From Proteiniborus sp. (GTDB taxonomy: Bacteria > Bacillota > Clostridia > Tissierellales > Proteiniboraceae), in the NCBI RefSeq assembly GCF_040308045.1, contig NZ_JAWRHZ010000060.1:41197-105196 (forward strand): DNA of 64,000 nucleotides, written 5' to 3'. Positions 62,844-64,000 of this stretch are shown here, one piece after another (position 1 is the first letter of the stretch; each line of letters opens with the position of its first letter). The notes under the pieces are model-generated. The model ran no database searches, was not told the DNA's origin, and saw only the letters and a list, made by a program, of their open reading frames with translations. Both the position numbers and the translations under genes were made by a program.

Positions 62844-64000
62844 TGATAGATAAAATAAAAGAAATATTATCAAATATTGAGGGTCTAGACGGATGGAAGC
62901 TCAATGAGAAGAAAGTAGAATCAAAGGAATTATTCTTTATAAAAAAAGAGCTTGATATGAATAGAGCTAAGGATGTACACCATATAAGCATCACTGTTTA
63001 TAAGGATTTCGAGGAAGACAGCAAAAAATATAGAGGCTCATCTACAACTGCAATACATCCTACTATGAATGAAGAAGAAATAAAAAATGCGATAACTAAT
63101 GCCCTATATGCTGCAGGCTTTGTTAAAAATGAATACTATCCATTAGTGGAGCCTAAGGTAGAGATTCAACCGATAATGGAAAATAGATTTTTCAAGGAGT
63201 CTATGTCAAACTGGATGCCTAAGCTTACAGACGAAATCTTTATTGCTGATAAATATGATAATGGGTGGATTAATTCAGCTGAGCTTTTCCTAGACAAGGT
63301 AAATATAAGAATACTTAACTCTGAGGGAGTAGATGCATCATACGAAACCTACAGGGGAGAGCTTGAGTTTATTACAAATTGGAAGGAAGATGAAGGCGAA
63401 GAAGTAGAGCTTTACCAGGATATTGTTTTTTCTGATTATGATGACAAATTCATAACCGAATCTGTAAATGAAATGCTTAAAATATGTAGAGATAAAGCAA
63501 TTGCAAAACCTACACCTATGATAAAAGATACACCTATAATATTATCTGGAGAGCCAGTAAAGGAATTCTTTTACTACTACTATGACCAAGCAGCAGCACG
63601 CTCGATCTATGAACAGACTTCAACTGCTAAGATTGATAAAAACATACAGGGTGATGATGTAAAGGGAGACAAAGTTAACATTGAACTTGACCCTTATCTA
63701 GACAACTCTACAGCTTCAGCACCTTATGATGAAGATGGTCTAAGGCTAGCTAGAGTTTCATTATACGAGGATGGTGTATTAAAAAGATATTGGGGCAATA
63801 CAAGATTTTCTCATTATTTAGGTATCAATCCGACAGGTACCATAAGAAATGTATTAGTAGAAGGTGGCAGTAAGACCTTAGAAGAAATCAAAGAAGGTCC
63901 TTATCTAGAGCTTAAAGTATTTTCTGATTTTCAGATGGATACATTGACAGGTGATTTTGCTGGTGAAATAAGATTAGGCTGGTACAATGACGGAGAGAAA
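62843..64000 (+). CDS. pmbA: PmbA/TldE-family protein (partner of TldD), 3' end beyond the window
   Basis: The ATG overlaps the tldD TAA by 1 nt. The frame is open for 386 codons to the window end. No HExxxH. ...GPYLELKVFSDFQMDTLTGDFAGEIRLGW is typical of the PmbA_TldD fold. Not in the track because it runs off the end. Confidence 0.75.
   Translation, partial: MIDKIKEILSNIEGLDGWKLNEKKVESKELFFIKKELDMNRAKDVHHISITVYKDFEEDSKKYRGSSTTAIHPTMNEEEIKNAITNALYAAGFVKNEYYPLVEPKVEIQPIMENRFFKESMSNWMPKLTDEIFIADKYDNGWINSAELFLDKVNIRILNSEGVDASYETYRGELEFITNWKEDEGEEVELYQDIVFSDYDDKFITESVNEMLKICRDKAIAKPTPMIKDTPIILSGEPVKEFFYYYYDQAAARSIYEQTSTAKIDKNIQGDDVKGDKVNIELDPYLDNSTASAPYDEDGLRLARVSLYEDGVLKRYWGNTRFSHYLGINPTGTIRNVLVEGGSKTLEEIKEGPYLELKVFSDFQMDTLTGDFAGEIRLGWYNDGEK

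Noticed and set aside
1-64000. Search for CRISPR arrays, tRNA/rRNA genes, IS elements, integrases and prophage modules
   Set aside because: No regularly spaced direct repeats, no cloverleaf or rRNA-like conserved stretches, and no transposase, recombinase or phage-structural ORFs were seen. The only repeats are the short elements reported above.

Overview
AT-rich, Clostridia-like chromosomal window, densely coding and mostly on the + strand. No rRNA, tRNA, CRISPR array, transposase or integrase was seen. Layout: (1) 0-16 kb holds an anaerobic cobalamin cluster: cbiA-cobO-cbiC-D-E-T-F-G-H-J, an internal cobalamin riboswitch, then cbiK, a BtuFCD/FecBCD-type importer, an ABC-2 exporter pair and cobC. 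(2) 16-35 kb is a mixed region. It contains a feoB 3' remnant next to an intact Cys-rich partner gene, a GT8 glycosyltransferase, a DUF3160 lipoprotein, NUDIX, a radical-SAM (YgiQ-type) tail remnant, typA, a CaCA antiporter, pepA, a heterodimeric ABC exporter and a nucleoside hydrolase. Two genes here stand out: a selenocysteine peroxiredoxin (in-frame TGA plus SECIS-like hairpin, shown as two ORFs in the track) and an M3-type [FeFe]-hydrogenase whose H-cluster motif reads TSCSPGW. (3) 35.8-48.4 kb is a 13-gene cluster. A YnjBCD-like ABC importer is translationally coupled to a glycosyltransferase pair of the 'arsenosugar/rSAM-selenodomain-associated' type and a kinase-like protein. It is followed by rhodanese lipoprotein - TVP38 - CCG Fe-S protein - TVP38 - rhodanese lipoprotein. 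This looks like an expanded version of the uncharacterised E. coli ydjXYZ-ynjABCDE neighbourhood. (4) 48.5-56.5 kb carries split chrA, ggt, nfeD-flotillin-lipoprotein-DUF4349 and a class IV aminotransferase. (5) 56.5-64 kb is my best candidate for an undescribed system. A terminator-dense spacer is followed by a tandem array of five paralogous 30-41 aa micro-ORFs, all below the ORF-track cutoff and with strong SD sites. They share the core L-[EN]-E-[FY]-[LY]-[RK]-L-E, mostly followed by a Lys-rich tail, and sit directly upstream of a 1030-aa GNAT-fusion protein, a truncated amidohydrolase and a TldD/PmbA peptidase pair. A short repeat family (three partial copies) is also dispersed through intergenic leaders. 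All family assignments come from motifs read by eye and from recalled family signatures; none has been checked by a database search.
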